Source: the human T2T-CHM13v2.0 reference genome, Homo sapiens
Assembly (NCBI RefSeq): GCF_009914755.1
Contig: NC_060942.1
DNA: 64,000 nt
Reading direction: 5' to 3' (one strand)
Within the stretch, counting starts at the first letter, position 1. Each line of letters begins with the position of its first letter. Below are positions 55,365-64,000 of the stretch, in pieces. Under the pieces are notes generated by a model, which saw nothing but the letters and a program-made list of their open reading frames with translations, was not told where the DNA came from and searched no databases. The translations under genes and the position numbers were made by a program.

Positions 55365-55639
55365 TTATCCAACTGACCCATGACATTGCTCACATCTATT
55401 TCTGGAAAGCTTTCATCAATGTGGTCTTATGTGAGGAGATTTTCTTTTCTGTCAATAGTTGTCTTTACCTAGTGCAGTAGGGGAAGGTCAGGAACTTTGC
55501 CTTACAGAAGGGAAGAGGGCATGTGAGTATTAGTAAGGCTTTACATTTTTTGAAAGTCAGACCTGGCAATAGTTCTGAGGGGGCTTCTGGCACAATGCTG
55601 TTAGATCAGAGCCTGAGCCTCTCATTGTGTACTCTCCTC

Positions 55640-56697
55640 TCACATTTTCAAGGATTTCACTGCAAACGTCTCTACTCTCCCTTTCCTGAGCCATCGTGAC
55701 TTCCTTCCTATTAAATCACTTGTATCAGCAAACAATCTTTGCAAGAATCTCCACCTTTTAAAAACTGTCCCTTGACTCACTCCATTTTCTTCTCCCTTCA
55801 TTGCAAAACATCTTGAATGAGCCCCAGTCTCCAATTCCTCACCTCCCATTTGTTTCTTCATCCCTAATGGAGCTGATGTTTGTTTTCACTTCTTCTTCTG
55901 CCAAGAGATAGCAGAGGCACTGTTCTTCCTTCTGCTTCTGCCACTCAGCAGCATGGGACATGAGACACGGGACATGTTGACCCTGCCTTTCTTGAATCAG
56001 TCTTCTTCTCTTGCTTCTGTGATAACGCCATCTCTTGGTTGTCCTCCTCCTTCACTTGGCCTCTTTTTGGTTGGCTTTTCCTCTTTGCCGAAACTCAATG
56101 GATGTGGCAGGATAGGGCTTAGCCAAAGGCCCTGCAGTCTCTCCCTAGGTGAGCTCAGGCAGCCCTATGGTTTTAAATACCACACCACCAATTTCCAAGC
56201 TGATCTGTAGTTTTGGCCTTCCTAATAACTTGCAGACATTGCCTGGATGTGTAATAGTCACTATTAAAGCTAATATTGCCAAACAGAATTCTTGAGTCCC
56301 ACCTTGAGTCTGCTCCTTGTTCATTAATTCCTTTTTGGGTAGATGGCCTCCCATTCACCAAGTTGCTGAAGTCAAAAGCCCAGGAGTCACTGCTGATTTG
56401 TTTTAATATCTATCTCACTGAGCAGCAAGTTTCTTTAGTTTAACTTCAAAATATATCCCTTATTTGCCCACTTCTGTGCACTCCTACTCCACCTGCACAG
56501 CCAGACCTCCATGCTCTATCACACCTGGGCCACAGCAATAGCCCCAAAATTGGTGTCCCTGATTCCATCTTACATCACCTCAATCCCACTCTGTTTTCTA
56601 CACATAAGAATTATCTTTTAAAAATCTAACTTAGGTCAGTTTATTCTTCTGCTTAAAACATTTCAGTGACTTCACATTGCCTTTAAAATAAAATTTA
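55640..56697 (+). mobile_element. L2 fossil, host of the full-length L1; resumes at ~63170
   Basis: cccattcaccaagttgctgaagtcaaaagcccaggagtca...ttctgcttaaaacatttcagtgacttcacattgcc...aaattta|aactcctt. Confidence 0.7.
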
Positions 56698-56968
56698 GGG
56701 GGGTGGAGCCAAGAGGGCCGAATAGGAACAGCTCCAGTCTACAGCTCCCAGCATGAGCGACGCAGAAGACAAATGATTTCTACATTTCCAACTGGGGTAC
56801 CGGGTACATCTCACTGGGGATTGTCGGACAGTGGGTGCAGGACAGTGGGTGCAGCGCACAGAGCATGAGCTGAAGCAGGGTGAGGCATCGCCTCACCCGG
56901 GAAGCGCAAAGCTTCAGAGAATTCCCTTTCCTAGCCAAGGAAAGGGGTGACAGACGGCACCTGGAAAA

Positions 56969-57151
56969 TCAGATCACTCCCACCCTAATACTGTGCTTTT
57001 CCAACAGTCTTAGCAAACGGCACACCAGGAGATTGTATCCCGCGCCTGGCTCGGGGGGTCCTATGACCACGGAGCCTCGCTCATTGCTAGCACAGCAGTC
57101 TGAGATCAAACTGCAAGATAGCAGTGAGGCTGGGGGAGGGGTGCCCGCCAC
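56969..57151 (-). pseudogene. L1 antisense ORF0, disabled (GTG start, premature TGA)
   Basis: Translation xAGTPPPASLLSCSLISDCCASNERGSV... matches primate L1 ORF0 (MAGAPPPASLPPCSLISDCCASNQRDSV...). Confidence 0.85.
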
Positions 57152-57730
57152 CGCCGAGGCTTGAGTAGGTAAAAAAAAAAAGCAGCCAGGAAGCTAGAAC
57201 TGGGTGGAGCCCACCGCAGCTCAAGGAGGCCTGCCTGCCTCTGTAGACTCCACCTCTCGGGGCAAGGCATAGCCAAACAAAAGGCAGCAGAAACCTCTGC
57301 AGACTTAAATGTCCCTGTCTGACAGCTTTGAAGAGAGTAGTGGTTCTCCCAGCATGCAGCTGGAGATCTGAGAATGGACAGGCTACCTCATCAAGTGGGT
57401 CCCTGACCCCCAAGTAGCCTAACTGGGAGGCACCCCCCAGTACGGGCAGACTGAAACCTCACACGGCCAGGTACTCCTCTGAGACAAAACTTCCAGAGGA
57501 ACGATCAGGCAGCAACATTTGCTGTTCACCAATATCCGCTGTTCTGCAGCCTCTGCTGCTGATACCTAGGCAAACAGGATCTGGAGTGGACCTCCAGCAA
57601 ACTCCAACAGACCTGCAGCTGAGGGTTCTGACTGTTAGAAGGAAAACTAACAAACAGAAAGGACATCCACACCAAAACCCCATCTGTACGTCACCATCAT
57701 CAAAGACCAAAGGTAGATAAAACCACAAAG

Positions 57731-59062
<1,332 letters not shown>

Positions 59063-59110
59063 AGACCATCAAGCCTAGGAATAAACTGCATCAACTAATG
59101 AGCAAAATAA

Positions 59111-62954
<3,844 letters not shown>

Positions 62955-64000
62955 ACAATGAGAACACTTGGACACAGGAAGGGGAACATCACATCCCGGG
63001 GCCTATTGCGGGGTGGGGGGAGTGGGGAGGGATAGCATTAGGAGATATACCTAATGTAAATGACGAGCTAATGGGTGCAGCACACCAACATGGCACATGT
63101 ATACATATGTAACAAACCTGCACATTGTACACATGTACCCTAAACTTAAAGTATAATAAAAAAAATTTAAACTCCTTATCGTGTTCTCAAAAACTGCAAT
63201 CCTGCCACTGCCCACCCCTCTTAGAGGGCTCATGACACTCTGGGCCCTCCAGCCTTCTTGTTGCTCCTCTCCCCCTCCAAGATTACCTTTGCTTCAGGAA
63301 CTTTGTACCTGTAATTACAGTAGCTGTTTCACATAACTTTGTTTAGTTTGCAGCATTTATTGCAACATAGGGTTTGCTTGTTTCTTGAATTGTCTACTTG
63401 GTCATCACCCAACTCTATCTCTCACCAGTATTTAAGTCCCCTGCGAGGGGAAACCTGGTCTACCTGGCACTAAGATAGATCTCAGGGACCTAGAACAATG
63501 TCTGGTGATTACAGACCTGCCATAAATAAAGAATATGCAATAGTAGGGGTGGCAAGAACTAAGAAGAAAAATGGAACAAGATAAGGAAAAAGATGGCATT
63601 TTATTAGGATAAGAAAAGGGTCTCTGATAAGAGTTATTTGGGCTAATATTCAAAGGGAATAAAGAATCCAGCTTTGTAGAGGATTTGGGAGAAGGATAGA
63701 GGGTACTCTAGATGGAGGAGACAGCAAGTATAAAGAAAAGTCCTGCTGAAGGAACAAGAAGGCCGGTATGGCTGCAGGACTAGACAAACCATGTTGATGG
63801 AGCCTCTGACCCCAGAAGCATAGTCCAGGAGTTCCTTAGTTCTTTCTGGAACCATATCCTGAAGACTGCTCAGTGCTTCAAGAGAAAGAGCAGGGTATGG
63901 GGCCCTCAATCGGGCATGGGCTATGGCCTCTGGATAGTGGTTTCTACCTGTTGTGGCATATTCTGGTCTGCACAATCTCTGCTCTGCTGTTATGGCACAT

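Noticed and set aside
56827-56854. 14-bp duplication gacagtgggtgcag in the L1 5'UTR
   Set aside because: As I recall it is part of the L1PA4/5-era consensus, not specific to this copy.
63008-63032. G-quadruplex-like tract
   Set aside because: Normal, well-described L1 3'UTR G-rich tract.

Overview
Primate (human-like) genomic DNA, AT-rich, CpG-depleted and dominated by interspersed repeats; it reads as intergenic DNA or a long intron. I found no host protein-coding exon, rRNA/tRNA gene, CRISPR array or CpG island, and I cannot name the locus. The long ORFs with recognisable protein homology come from one full-length but dead LINE-1 (L1PA4-like, 56698-63161, + strand). It is inserted in an old L2, has an antisense AluY in ORF1, and has a mutated YY1 site, a retained ZNF93-target segment, a disabled ORF0, an open endonuclease domain and a FADD>FAGD reverse-transcriptase mutation. 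The rest is about ten other Alus, solo LTRs (THE1, MLT1, MER67-, LTR33- and MER68/77-like), DNA-transposon MITEs (Tigger2a, MER5A, MER3, MER53, MER58A, MER102, MADE1), MIR/L2/L1M fossils and simple repeats. Repeat names come from remembered consensus sequences, not a database search, and old-repeat edges are approximate. The best signals not explained by repeats are a 17-bp-stem hairpin with an alternative pairing (4582-4648), a bulged inverted repeat with a TGTCA cluster (50285-50465), a microhomology-flanked 160-bp tandem duplication (9917-10240), a CACGTG+TGACGTCA composite (29280-29299) and CpG-retaining unique islands. The sequence does not support a new biological system; these are candidates for testing.
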